Below are positions 17,642-28,400 of a stretch of 64,000 bases of DNA, in pieces. Position 1 is the stretch's first letter. Each line of letters starts with the position of its first letter. The stretch lies in NCBI GenBank assembly GCA_903835075.1, contig CAILLM010000008.1:25498-89497 (forward strand), written 5' to 3'. The position numbers and the translations under genes are program-made. The DNA is from Candidatus Staskawiczbacteria bacterium. Its GTDB lineage: Bacteria; Patescibacteriota; Minisyncoccia; Minisyncoccales; Staskawiczbacteraceae. The notes below the pieces were generated by a model, which was given only the letters and a program-made list of their open reading frames with translations, was not told where the DNA came from and did not search any database.

Positions 17642-17800
17642 CTAATTTATTTTTTGAGGATTTATTAATTCATTCGTAAATTCATAATCCGAAATTTCTA
17701 AATCAGAAACTCGCAGATGCTTGAGTTCCCTTTTAGCTTGCTCTAAAAATTCCGTTACTCTTTTTTCATTATTTTTGGTTACTTTTCTTTTTTGTTTCAT
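17642..17800 (-). CDS. Possible small basic protein (52 aa), not in the ORF track
   Basis: ATG at 17800 to TAG at 17642: MKQKRKVTKNNEKRVTEFLEQAKRELKHLRVSDLEISDYEFTNELINPQKIN. It fills the gap between two minus-strand genes. No homology recognised. Confidence 0.2.
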   Translation of the reverse strand: MKQKRKVTKNNEKRVTEFLEQAKRELKHLRVSDLEISDYEFTNELINPQKIN

Positions 17801-17821
17801 ATCACGGGGTTTTCGTTGCAC

Positions 17822-20107
17822 TTAAACCTTCCGCCAGTTGTCACTTTCTTCTTCGGGGATTGCTTCTTCAGACTCTGATTCGTCTGGGCCACCGCCAGGA
17901 ACCAACTCCACATTACCAGAAGTCCGTGGGCGCTCGGCTGACCCCTCATAAACTTCTCTTGGTTTTGCGCCATCTGCGGGCCCAACAATTCCCTGCTCTT
18001 CTAACATGTCTATAAGCCTAGCTGCTCTTGAATAACCAATCCTTAAACGCCTTTGCAAAAATGAAGCTGATGCTTTTTTAGTTTCTCTAACAATCTTTTT
18101 AACTTCTTCGAATAATGGATCTTCATTTGCACCACCAAAAAACTCTCCGGCACCACCTCCATCATCCTTGCCACCTTCAACTCTTTCAAGACTTTCTTCC
18201 AAACTATGGCTTAAGGCCTCTTGAGGATCGCCCAGCTTCTTACCTTGTTCAACAATAAAGGCGGCAACTTTTTGAACTTCTTTTTCAGAAATATATGGCC
18301 CCTGAATACGAGTAATTTTCGAAGACTTTGAAGACAAGAAAAGCATATCTCCTGCACTTAACAATTTTTCAGCACCCGAGGTATCAATAACTGTACGCGA
18401 GTCAATTTGTGAAGAAACCTGAAAAGTTATTCTTGTAGGTACATTAGCCTTAATCAAACCAGTAATAACCTCTACAGAAGGTCTTTGGGTGGCCAACACA
18501 AGGTGAATTCCAGTTGCTCTAGCCATTTGAGCCAACCTTACAATTCCAGCTTCAAGCTCTCTTCCTTTTGCAGCCATTAAGTCAGCCAATTCATCAACCA
18601 CAAAAACAATGTATGGCATTTGCAATCCCGAGGCAATTATAGATTTATTTGAATTGTATGAACCAATATTTCTTGCAGGAACTTCTGAAAAAACTTCAAA
18701 ACGTCTTTCCATTTCGTGAGCCAACCAAGTTAAAGCATTTATTGTTTTTGTGGCGTCATAAATAACCGGGCATAATAAGTGTGGAATATCATTATAGTGT
18801 TGGAATTCCACTCTTTTTGGATCAACCATTATCATTCTTAATTGCTCAGGAGTATATTTATAAAGTAAACTCAAAATTAAACTGTTCAAGAAAATAGTTT
18901 TTCCGGTTCCAGTTGCTCCGGCAACCAACAAATGAGGCCCGTCTGCAATGTCAGTATTAACTGCTGCTCCAGAAACATTTCTGCCCAAAGCAATTAATAA
19001 AGGATTTGTAGAATCTTGAAAAGCTGATTGTGAAATTAAATTTCTCAACGTGACTATAGATCTAACTTTGTTTGGGACTTCAATGCCCACCAAAGATTTT
19101 CCAGGAATTGGAGCTTCAATTCTAATTGGGTGAGCTGCCAAAGCCAAAGCCAAATTATTTGATAATGTTGTAATTTTTGACAATTTTACACCTTCAGCAG
19201 GCTTAAAAGCATATTGCGTAACCGTAGGCCCCACATTAACTTCCGCCATTTCAACAGGAATTCCAAAGTTCTCAAGGGTGCTTTTGATTATCATTGAGTT
19301 TTCCTTGATATTTCCCGAAGTTGGCGCTGCCTCATTCTTATTTAGCAAATCCAGCGGAGGCAAAACATAGCTCCCTTTATTAGCGGTAACTGGTTTTTTA
19401 ATATCTGCTTTTTCAGCCTCTTCATTGCCTTTTTTAAACAAAGTAATTCTTGAAGCTGTGGATGGTTTTATACCCTCTTGCTTTTCCAACCCTTTAATTT
19501 TAGGATTGTCATCGTCTTGTTTGTTAGCTGCAAAAGTTGGCTTGTCTTCTTTTCTTCTTTCTTCCTTGGGAATGTCTTGCCAAATGAATTGCAAAAATAC
19601 AAATAATCCAATTAATAAAATAGCTCCAAATATTATATTTGCCACTAAAATACCAAAAAGCCCAACAAAAAGTTGTGCTAAGCGGATACCAATATTATTA
19701 GTTGGACAAGTAATCCAATTACAAGTTACCAACCCAAAATCTTTGACAGCTAAAATTCCAGCAACGCCCACCAATGAAACAAAAACAGCAATAGCCATGG
19801 CCAAATTCTTTCCTTTTTTTCTGCTTCGTAAAAAAATCAAACCAGCAACAAACAAAAATAATGGAATTGTATAAAATGCATTTCCAAATAAAAAGTCACA
19901 AGATTTTGCAAAAATTTCTCCAGCATATCCTGCTTTATTAAAATTTGGAAAAGATAAGACAATGATTATTGCAAATAAAAACAATACAATTGCCTTTATC
20001 CAACGCTTTGTCCAATTACTCAAAATAGTCTCCGTTGGCTTGTCCTTATTATTTTTTTCTTTAAAATTTTTATATTTTTTTTCTTTTTCCTTGTCTTTTT
20101 TTGCCAT
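17822..20107 (-). CDS. ftsK: DNA translocase FtsK/SpoIIIE
   Basis: N-terminal polytopic membrane domain, motor domain with Walker A (GATGTGKT), C-terminal winged-helix gamma domain (SFLQRRLRIGYSRAARLIDMLEEQGIVGP). ATG at 20107; 20110 is a GTG. Confidence 0.9.
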   Translation of the reverse strand: MAKKDKEKEKKYKNFKEKNNKDKPTETILSNWTKRWIKAIVLFLFAIIIVLSFPNFNKAGYAGEIFAKSCDFLFGNAFYTIPLFLFVAGLIFLRSRKKGKNLAMAIAVFVSLVGVAGILAVKDFGLVTCNWITCPTNNIGIRLAQLFVGLFGILVANIIFGAILLIGLFVFLQFIWQDIPKEERRKEDKPTFAANKQDDDNPKIKGLEKQEGIKPSTASRITLFKKGNEEAEKADIKKPVTANKGSYVLPPLDLLNKNEAAPTSGNIKENSMIIKSTLENFGIPVEMAEVNVGPTVTQYAFKPAEGVKLSKITTLSNNLALALAAHPIRIEAPIPGKSLVGIEVPNKVRSIVTLRNLISQSAFQDSTNPLLIALGRNVSGAAVNTDIADGPHLLVAGATGTGKTIFLNSLILSLLYKYTPEQLRMIMVDPKRVEFQHYNDIPHLLCPVIYDATKTINALTWLAHEMERRFEVFSEVPARNIGSYNSNKSIIASGLQMPYIVFVVDELADLMAAKGRELEAGIVRLAQMARATGIHLVLATQRPSVEVITGLIKANVPTRITFQVSSQIDSRTVIDTSGAEKLLSAGDMLFLSSKSSKITRIQGPYISEKEVQKVAAFIVEQGKKLGDPQEALSHSLEESLERVEGGKDDGGGAGEFFGGANEDPLFEEVKKIVRETKKASASFLQRRLRIGYSRAARLIDMLEEQGIVGPADGAKPREVYEGSAERPRTSGNVELVPGGGPDESESEEAIPEEESDNWRKV

Positions 20108-20276
20108 CACTATAATTTTTAATTATTATGTTATTATATTACAAGTGAGGATAAAGTAAATAAGCCACAGTTTATTTACTTTTGACGAACGCAGTAATAT
20201 ATTCATTCAAGTTGCACCTACTGCGGGCAGGCAGGTAAAAAAAGACCGCAGATAAGACCTGCGGTAGTCGCTAAAA

Positions 20277-20489
20277 CTAGTGTTGTTGATTTATTCTGCT
20301 ACGATACCAATACGTGGCACCAGCAAGGGCGTCGGCAATTCCTAGCCATAAACCCCATTGAAAAAGCCCTTCCCCGCCATACAAACCAATTGCCATCAAA
20401 ATCATGGCAATCATTAGAGAAAAAATCCATACGCCAATGGCAAACCTGGCTAATGGGTTTTTCTTGTTTTTCCTTATGGGTTTAAACAT
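20277..20489 (-). CDS. Small 2-TM membrane protein, hypothetical
   Basis: 70 aa, two hydrophobic helices, ATG start. Confidence 0.3.
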   Translation of the reverse strand: MFKPIRKNKKNPLARFAIGVWIFSLMIAMILMAIGLYGGEGLFQWGLWLGIADALAGATYWYRSRINQQH

Positions 20490-21019
20490 TTTTTTGCTTT
20501 CTTTAGTGCAGCTTCAAGCTCAGCGGATGTAGATATTTCACAATCCACCATTTCAAGAACCCATATGTCTACAAGACTGCCACTTACCGTTCTATGCCAA
20601 TGTGCGCCAATTGCCGACGGGATCAGCTTAAGCGCTTCCACCAACTTCTCAATTGAGGCAATATCGCGGTATCCCATAGATATGGGCACACCATTCTGTA
20701 ATTCAATTATATGATATCGCCTCTTTGCGACTAACGGATGACCAACTTCCCAACGCTTCTTGTCCCGATTATAACAAGCATTTAATGTCTGCCCTTCAAA
20801 TTCCTCGGATCCCTCTTGTTTGGGCACCACCTTAACATCGCGATGAAGAATAACTCCCTCTTTTTTCTCGCCAGCCATGGCATAAACTATCGGTCCGTCT
20901 CTTCCCGTTCTACCCAGTAAAACAACTTCAATTCTAGTTTTCATAATTATATTATCAACCGCGGAGATCTTTCCCGCGTTGCTGTTTGCAATATACCATT
21001 TTTCTATAAAAATGTCCAT
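20474..21019 (-). CDS. Hypothetical protein of unknown function in a GC-elevated island
   Basis: 181 aa from the ATG at 21019 (MDIFIEKW...). GC visibly higher than the surroundings. No motif recognised with confidence. Confidence 0.35.
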   Translation of the reverse strand: MDIFIEKWYIANSNAGKISAVDNIIMKTRIEVVLLGRTGRDGPIVYAMAGEKKEGVILHRDVKVVPKQEGSEEFEGQTLNACYNRDKKRWEVGHPLVAKRRYHIIELQNGVPISMGYRDIASIEKLVEALKLIPSAIGAHWHRTVSGSLVDIWVLEMVDCEISTSAELEAALKKAKKCLNP

Positions 21020-21085
21020 ATTATCACAAACAAAATACCCCCGCACAAGGCAAGAATAATTCTAAAAATATATAAAACATTTTTA

Positions 21086-21115
21086 GTAGTTTTTTGGCTC
21101 GAGCCAAAAAACTAC
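21086..21115. repeat. 30-bp perfect palindrome GTAGTTTTTTGGCTCGAGCCAAAAAACTAC, copy 1
   Basis: Self-complementary. An identical copy lies at 21709-21738. The two copies bracket the 21112..21651 gene. Confidence 0.85.
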
Positions 21116-21651
21116 GATATTCCAAACCTAAATTTAACCTTATCCTGGTTGTCTATAAAATCTAACAACCCAAACCTAACATATTTTTCAATTTTAAATA
21201 ATTTTACAAAATCATCAATTTCCTTCTTACAATCATAAGGATATAAAAAAATACTCTCCTGCAACTCATAAAACCCACCCATTTTTAATCTATAATTAAG
21301 AGCGTTTCGGCCCTTTCTGCATTTATTGGGTATATCAAATGCCACCATACGCCATTTGCCGTCCCATTTTTCTTTTTTATTACTAAGCCTCCTAAATCTA
21401 AAGTTAATGGCTCGCAGAAAACCCCTCTCGGTTAAAGAAACCAAAATCGATCCTTCATAGCTTTTTTTGTTTTCAATTAACTTTTGCCTCTTAAGATCAT
21501 AAACTGCAGAATTTAATTGTTTTGAAGTAAAATTATGAACATCTCTTAACACTTCATTTAAAATAAAAAACCTGCCGTCTCCGCGGGCGCCAACTTTTTG
21601 CTCGGTTTGGTAATAAATGCTCCACAATATTTCATCTAAAATCTCCCTCAT
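21112..21651 (-). CDS. PaaX-like / Cas2-fold-like putative transcriptional regulator (N-terminal winged-helix region plus a WDGKWRMVAFDIP...R..R..L...L...GF..LQESIF module)
   Basis: The motif KWDGKWRMVAFDIPNKCRKGRNALNYRLKMGGFYELQESIFLYP resembles the PaaX central domain, which shares the Cas2-like fold. At 179 aa it is shorter than canonical PaaX. GC-elevated. Confidence 0.4.
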   Translation of the reverse strand: MREILDEILWSIYYQTEQKVGARGDGRFFILNEVLRDVHNFTSKQLNSAVYDLKRQKLIENKKSYEGSILVSLTERGFLRAINFRFRRLSNKKEKWDGKWRMVAFDIPNKCRKGRNALNYRLKMGGFYELQESIFLYPYDCKKEIDDFVKLFKIEKYVRFGLLDFIDNQDKVKFRFGIS

Positions 21652-21708
21652 ACCTTTATTATACCAGAATAAATTAAAGGCATGGTATAGTATAGCTTAA
21701 AAGGGCCC

Positions 21709-21738
21709 GTAGTTTTTTGGCTCGAGCCAAAAAACTAC
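21709..21738. repeat. 30-bp perfect palindrome GTAGTTTTTTGGCTCGAGCCAAAAAACTAC, copy 2
   Basis: Identical to 21086-21115. Confidence 0.85.
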
Positions 21739-21847
21739 TATAATCTGCAATCTTATATTACTTACTGTTATCGCCTAAATTCATAAAAACTATACAAAAT
21801 ATACAAAAAATACCCCACCATTTTGTGGTGAGGTATTTCTATATTTT

Positions 21848-24800
21848 CTATTCTTCTTCTTTTACTCTTGGAATAAATCCTGTTCCAACTGGAATAAGTT
21901 TTCCAATAATCACGTTTTCTTTTAATCCACGTAATTTATCTTCTTTTCCTTCAAGGGAGGCCTTAATCAAAACTCTTGATGTTTGTTGGAAAGAAGCAGC
22001 TGATAAGAATGATTCTGAGTTCAAAGCAACTTCAGAAATCCCCAACAACATTTGCACACCAATTGGTGGCGCCTTCTTTTCTTTTTTCAATCTATCAACT
22101 TCTTCATTGAAAATTTCTCTTTCTATAACCTCTCCCCTTATCCATCCTGAATCTCCCTCTTCCTTAACTTTAATTCTTGAGAACATTTTTTGAATAATTA
22201 TTTCAATATGCTTATCATTTATATCAACTCCTTGTGAAGAATAAATTCTTTGGACTTCCTGCAAAATATATCTTTGAGTTGCTTGGACTCCTGCAGATTT
22301 GTAAAGTTTTTTCAAATCCAAACTTCCATCACATAATGGTTGATTTTCCTTAATTTCTTGACCCTTTCCAACCAAAATTGCAATTCTTCCTGGAATTTTA
22401 TACTCTATTATATCTTTTTTATTTCCAACTTTTTTATCTGCTTGAATTTTAACAATTCTTCTTTCTTCATCAACATCAATAACTTTTCCTTCCACCAAAG
22501 ACATTATTGCTTCTCCTTTTGGAGATCGGCACTCAAAAATTTCTTCAATTCTTGGTAAACCACTGGTAATATCTCCTGCTCCCACAATACCTCCCAAATG
22601 GTGAGTTCTTAATGTAAGCTGAGTTCCAGGTTCTCCAATAGCTTGAGCAGCTACAATTCCAACTGCTTCTCCTGGCTTAACATGAGTGTTTCTTCCCATG
22701 TCCCAGCCATAACATTTCTGACAAACTTTTTGAGAAGATTTACAAGTTAATGGTGAAGCAACAACAACACTGGTGATTCCTATTTCTTCTGCAATTGCCT
22801 TAGCTGCTTGCCAATTGATTGCTTCATTCTTTTTAACAAAAACCATTTTACCATGTTCAACTGTTTCCAAAGCTGTTCTACCAACTATTTTGAACACAAA
22901 GTCTTGTTCAATTGCTTCAGCGTCTTTTTTGTATACAGTTAAACCTGCTTTATCTCCACAGTCTTCTTCAGCAACAATTACGTCGTGTGCAACATCAACC
23001 AATCTTCTAGTTAAATATCCTGCTGAAGATGTTCTTAAAGCTGAGTCTGCAGTACCTTTTCTAGCTCCGTGAGTTGAAATAAAATATTCCAAAACATTAA
23101 AACCTTCCGTGAAAGATGCTTTTACTGGTAATTCTATAATATCTCCTGAAGGATTGTTCACCAAACCTTTCATACCAGCCATTTGAACTGGCTGAGCCCA
23201 AGTAGCCCTAGCACCAGCAGTAATAATAGACATAACTGGTCCATCTTTAGGCAATGTTGTTTTTAACAAAGCTTCAAGTTTTGACTTAACAGTTTGCCAA
23301 ATTAAAATCTTTTGAGATGTCTTTTCATCAGCAGACAAAAGTCCTTTTTCAAAATGATTATCAATTTTTCTTACTTCACCTTCAGCTGCGTCAATTAATT
23401 CTTTCTTTTCTTTTGGAACTATCAAGTCATCCATTCCCCAACTTACTCCAGACAATGTGCAGTATTCAAAACCCAACATTTTTATTTTATCAATAATAAC
23501 AACTGCCTCTTCATTAGGATATTTTTCAATAATTTCCCTAACAATTCCTTTTAATACTTTGTTATCAATTAATTTATTTATGTATGGGTAATCATCTGGC
23601 AAAACTTCGTTTAAAATCAACCTGCCCACTGTGGTTTCAAGTAATTCGTGTTTTCCTTCTGGATGTTTTGGATGGGGAACATAAATAACATCATTTTGAC
23701 CCAAAAACTTATATTCAAAAGCAGTTTTTGCTTCAGAAGCGCTTGAATATGTTTTTATTTTCTTTGGATCTGTCCGGTCTTGAACATTACTTAATTTTGT
23801 TAAATAATAACAACCCAAAGCAATATCTCTAAACGGCCCCATAACTGGCATACCTGTTGCTGGTCTTAAAAGGTTTAGAGTAGAAAGCATAATTTCTCTT
23901 GCTTCTTTTTGAGCCTCATCAGACAAAGGCAAGTAAACAGCCATTTGGTCACCATCAAAGTCAGCATTAAAAGCTTCACAAACCAATGGGTGTAATTTAA
24001 TTGTTTCTCCTTCTGTTAAAATTGGCCTAAAAGCTTGGATACCAAGTCTATGCAAGGTTGGAGCTCTATTTAACAACACCAATTTATCTTTAATTATTTC
24101 TTCCAAAATAGCCCAAACTTCAGGAGTTTTTTCTTCAACTAATCTAGCAGCTCCTCTAATGTTATAGGCTAATTCTTTATCTAAAATTCTTTTAATTACA
24201 AATGGTTTAAAAATTTCCAATGCTAGTGTTTTTGGCAAACCGCATTGTGAAAATTTTAATTCAGGAACAACTGAAATAACCGATCTTCCGGAATAATCAA
24301 CACGTTTTCCCAAAAGGTTTTGTCTAAATCTTCCTTGTTTACCAGCCAACATTGCAGCTAAAGATTTCAACAATCTCTTTCCACCAGTTGTAGCAGTTGT
24401 TGTAACCCCCTTTCTCATTTCGTTATCAATTAAAGCGTCAACAGCTTCCTGCAACATTCTTTTTTCGTTTCTAACAATAACTGGTGGGGCTTTTATTTCT
24501 TGTAAATATTTTAACCTATTATTTCTGTTGATAACTCTTCTGTATAAATCATTTAAGTCCGAAGAAGCATATCTTCCACCATCTAATTGAACCATTGGTC
24601 TTAAATCTGGTGGTAAAACAGGTAAAACATCCATGAACATCCATTCTGGTCTTACATTTGCTCTTAACATTCCTTGAAAAAGTTTCAATCTTCTTAGAAT
24701 CTTTTTCTTTGTTGCCGGAGGTGCTTCTTGAGCTTCTAATTTAATTTTTTCTGTTTCTGCTTCTAAATCAATTTTTGAAAATATTTCTTTTACAACTTCA

Positions 24801-25435
24801 GCTCCTGTGCCTGCCTCAAAAACCTCTCCATATTTCATTGAAATTGTATGATAAACAACTTCAGACAAAATTCTTAAAGGCTTTATGTCTAATAATTCTT
24901 CCTTGGCTTTTTCTCTGGCTTGTTTTAATTCTGTTTTTGCGGCTTCGGTTTTTTCTTTTTTAACTTTTGATTTATATTCTTGTTCAATTGCTTCCATTAT
25001 GGCGTCCCTGGCAGCTTCGTTAACACTGGTAATAATATAAGATGAAAAATAAATAACTTTTTCTAATTGCTGAGAACTTTTATCTAAAACCAAACCCATT
25101 CTTGAGGGAACTCCTCTTAAAAACCAAATATGCGAAACTGGAGTATACAACTTAATGTGCCCCATTCTTTCACGCCTTACAGAAGACTTTGTAACTTCAA
25201 CTCCGCATCTATCACAAACAACTCCTTTATATCTTATTCTTTTGTATTTTCCACAAGCACACTCATAGTCTTTTTCAGGCCCAAAAATTCTTTCATCAAA
25301 AAGTCCGTCCTTTTCAGGTTTTTGCGTGCGGTAGTTAATTGTTTCTGGTTTAATTACTTCGCCATGAGACCAGGACATTATGTCCTCGGGTGAAGCAATT
25401 TTAATTCTGATTGATTCTAAGTCTAATACTCGCAT
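21848..25435 (-). CDS. rpoC: DNA-directed RNA polymerase subunit beta-prime
   Basis: 1195 aa, zinc-binding CX2C...CX2C N-terminus, NADFDGD catalytic motif, trigger-loop region. Confidence 0.95.
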   Translation of the reverse strand: MRVLDLESIRIKIASPEDIMSWSHGEVIKPETINYRTQKPEKDGLFDERIFGPEKDYECACGKYKRIRYKGVVCDRCGVEVTKSSVRRERMGHIKLYTPVSHIWFLRGVPSRMGLVLDKSSQQLEKVIYFSSYIITSVNEAARDAIMEAIEQEYKSKVKKEKTEAAKTELKQAREKAKEELLDIKPLRILSEVVYHTISMKYGEVFEAGTGAEVVKEIFSKIDLEAETEKIKLEAQEAPPATKKKILRRLKLFQGMLRANVRPEWMFMDVLPVLPPDLRPMVQLDGGRYASSDLNDLYRRVINRNNRLKYLQEIKAPPVIVRNEKRMLQEAVDALIDNEMRKGVTTTATTGGKRLLKSLAAMLAGKQGRFRQNLLGKRVDYSGRSVISVVPELKFSQCGLPKTLALEIFKPFVIKRILDKELAYNIRGAARLVEEKTPEVWAILEEIIKDKLVLLNRAPTLHRLGIQAFRPILTEGETIKLHPLVCEAFNADFDGDQMAVYLPLSDEAQKEAREIMLSTLNLLRPATGMPVMGPFRDIALGCYYLTKLSNVQDRTDPKKIKTYSSASEAKTAFEYKFLGQNDVIYVPHPKHPEGKHELLETTVGRLILNEVLPDDYPYINKLIDNKVLKGIVREIIEKYPNEEAVVIIDKIKMLGFEYCTLSGVSWGMDDLIVPKEKKELIDAAEGEVRKIDNHFEKGLLSADEKTSQKILIWQTVKSKLEALLKTTLPKDGPVMSIITAGARATWAQPVQMAGMKGLVNNPSGDIIELPVKASFTEGFNVLEYFISTHGARKGTADSALRTSSAGYLTRRLVDVAHDVIVAEEDCGDKAGLTVYKKDAEAIEQDFVFKIVGRTALETVEHGKMVFVKKNEAINWQAAKAIAEEIGITSVVVASPLTCKSSQKVCQKCYGWDMGRNTHVKPGEAVGIVAAQAIGEPGTQLTLRTHHLGGIVGAGDITSGLPRIEEIFECRSPKGEAIMSLVEGKVIDVDEERRIVKIQADKKVGNKKDIIEYKIPGRIAILVGKGQEIKENQPLCDGSLDLKKLYKSAGVQATQRYILQEVQRIYSSQGVDINDKHIEIIIQKMFSRIKVKEEGDSGWIRGEVIEREIFNEEVDRLKKEKKAPPIGVQMLLGISEVALNSESFLSAASFQQTSRVLIKASLEGKEDKLRGLKENVIIGKLIPVGTGFIPRVKEEE

Positions 25436-25473
25436 GGGTTTAAGTTTTAGTTTATTTTAGAAACTATAAATTT

Positions 25474-28400
25474 TTATCTGTTGTCTCTTCTGTTTTCGCG
25501 TTCGTCATCGCGTTCTAATCTTGGTCTTTCTTTGACTTCTACTGACATACCAAGAGATTTTAACTCAGCAACGAGCAAATTAAAGGAAGCTGGAATATTT
25601 GGATTCCTAATTGGCTCACCTTTTAATATAGACTCGTAAGCTGCGGCTCTTCCTTGGACATCGTCAGATTTAATTGTTAACATTTCCTGCAAAATATGAG
25701 CCACTCCATAACCTTCGAGTGCCCACACCTCCATTTCTCCAAATCTCTGACCTCCAAATTGAGCTTTTCCGCCCAATGGTTGTTGAGTAATTAAAGAATA
25801 AGGCCCAATAGATCTGGCGTGAACTTTATCATCAACCATGTGAATTAATTTCATCACATACATATATCCAACCGTAACTGGAGTTGGAAATGGCAAACCT
25901 GTTCGGCCATCATAAATTGTCATTTGACCAGATTCTGGCAAACCTGCTAATTTTAATTCCCTTTTAACATCTTCTTGGTTGGCCCCAATTAAAGCAGGAG
26001 TAATAGCCAAATATCCCAATGCATGAGCTGCTAATCCAAGGTGAGTTTCTAAAATTTGTCCCAAGTTCATACGAGAAGGAACCGACAATGGGGAAATTAC
26101 CAAATCAACTGGAGTTCCGTCTGCCAAAAATGGCATTTCATGTTCAGCCAAAACTCTTGAGACAACTCCTTTGTTTCCGTGCCTTCCCACCAATTTATCT
26201 CCAACTTTTGCTTTTCTAGATTCAGCAACTTCAACTTTAATTCTTTTTATAACTCCAGGCTCCAATTTGTGACCCAAGTCTCTTGAGAAAATTGTTACAT
26301 TAACAACTTTTCCATTTTTTCCATGCTCCATTCTCAAAGAAGAATCTTTTACATCTTTAGCTTTATCTCCAAAAATTGCTCTTAGCAATCTTTCTTCAGG
26401 AGTTAATTCTGCTTCTCCTTTTGGTGAAATTTTTCCAACCAAAATGTCGTTTGGGCCAACGGCTGCTCCAACCCTTATAATTCCTTCTTCGTCTAAATCT
26501 TTTAATTTTTCTTCTCCAACGTTTGGAATATCACTTGTTGTAACTTCGGGTCCAAGTTTTGTTTCACGCACATCACAAGTAAAATCTTCAATGTGAATTG
26601 ATGTAAATTCATCTTCTTTACCAAGTCTTTCTGAAATTGTCATTGAGTCTTCAAATCCTCCTCCTCTCAAAGGCAAGAAACAAACTAACACATTTCTACC
26701 CAATGCCAATCTTCCTTGAGAAATTGCAGCTCCATCGGCCAAAACATCTCCTTTTTTAACTTTTTCACCTTTTTCAACAATTGGCTTTTGGTGGAAGCAT
26801 GAGTATTGGTTGGTTCTTACAAAAGTTTGCAATTCATAATCTTCTTCTCTAGCTGGTTTTTTGCCAGAAGCTTCGTATTTAACTAAAATATGTTGTCCGT
26901 CAACTTCTTTAATAACTCCATCAGCTTCAGCTAAAATAACTTGCCCAGAATCTCTAGCAACATTTCTTTCTGTTCCTGTTCCAACCAAAGGAGCCTCTGG
27001 TTTTATAAGAGGTACTGCCTGACGTTGCATGTTAGAACCCATCAATGCACGAGATGCGTCGTCATGATTTAAAAATGGAATTAATGAAGTAGCAACTGAA
27101 ATAAATTGCTTTGAAGAAACATCTATATAGTCAATGTCCTCAATTTTAACTTCTTCTGGCTCACCTTTAACTCTAGCCTCAACTTTGTCTGGGGCAATCT
27201 CGGGAAGAATTTTTAATGCATCTGTTAGTGGGACTGAAGCAGGGGCAACATTGTGCCTTTCTTCTTCTTGGGCTGATAAATATTCAACCACGTCAGTGAC
27301 TTTACCATTTTTAACTTTAAAATATGGAGCTTCAATAAAACCATAAGGGTTTATTTTGGCAAAAGTAGCCAAGTGGCCTACCAAACCAACGTTAGGACCT
27401 TCTGGGGTCTCAATAGGACAAATTCTACCATAGTGAGAAGGCTGAACGTCTCTAACTTCAAAACCAGCTCTTTCTCTGGTTAATCCACCAGGTCCTGTTG
27501 TTGTCAATCTTCTTTTATGCTCTAATTCTGCCAATGGATTTTCGTTATCCATAAACTGCGAGAATTGGGATGAAGTAAAAAATTCCTTAACAACTGCAAT
27601 TAGTGGTCTTGGGTTTATAAGCTGTATTGGCGTAATTGTGCTGGCCTCTAATGTGGACATTTTATCTTTTATAATTCTTTCCATTCTCATCAAGCCAACT
27701 CTCAATCTGTTTTGCAAAAGCTCAGACAATGTTCTAACTCTTCTATTTCCTAAGTGGTCAACCTGATCAGCTTTGGCCATTGGGTCGTTGTTCAATCTAA
27801 TAACTTCCTTAACAACTTCCACAATATCTTCAATTTTCAACATTCTATCCTCTTTCTTGATTTCTGAATTTAAATCTTTGGGGGCTAAGTTTGGTAAGCG
27901 CAACCATGTTTTCCATCTTCCAACTTTTGACAAGTCATATCTGTCAAAATTAAAAAACATATTAAAAATTAAATCCTGAGCTGTATCTGGAGTAACCAAA
28001 TCACCTGGTCTTAATCTTCTGTAAACTTCCACTAAAGCTTCTTTTTGGTCTTTACAAGTGTCACGTTTTAATGTTTCTTTTATATATTGTATTTCTCCTG
28101 TATCAATATCTTTGAATGCATCTTCAACTGCTTTAATGTCCTTTAAGCCCAAAGCCATCAACAAGGTTGTTGCAGGAACTTTTCTTTTCCTATTTATTTT
28201 GACTCCAATAAATCCTGACTCTTCTGTTTCAAATTCAAGCCAAGCTCCGCGGTTGGGAATAATCTTAGAACCAAAATAATTTTTTCCTCTCCAAAGTCTG
28301 GCGGTAAAAAATGCTCCCGGAGAACGAATTAACTGTGAAACAATAACTCTTTCAACTCCATTTACAACAAAAGTTGCCCTTTCTGTCATAACAGGGAAAT

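Noticed and set aside
21825-25393. Small plus-strand ORFs inside rpoC (21825..22193, 22340..22558, 22773..23072, 24775..24963, 25130..25393) and inside rpoB (26019..26219, 27134..27346, 27773..27979, 28058..28279)
   Set aside because: Antisense shadows of two very highly conserved genes.
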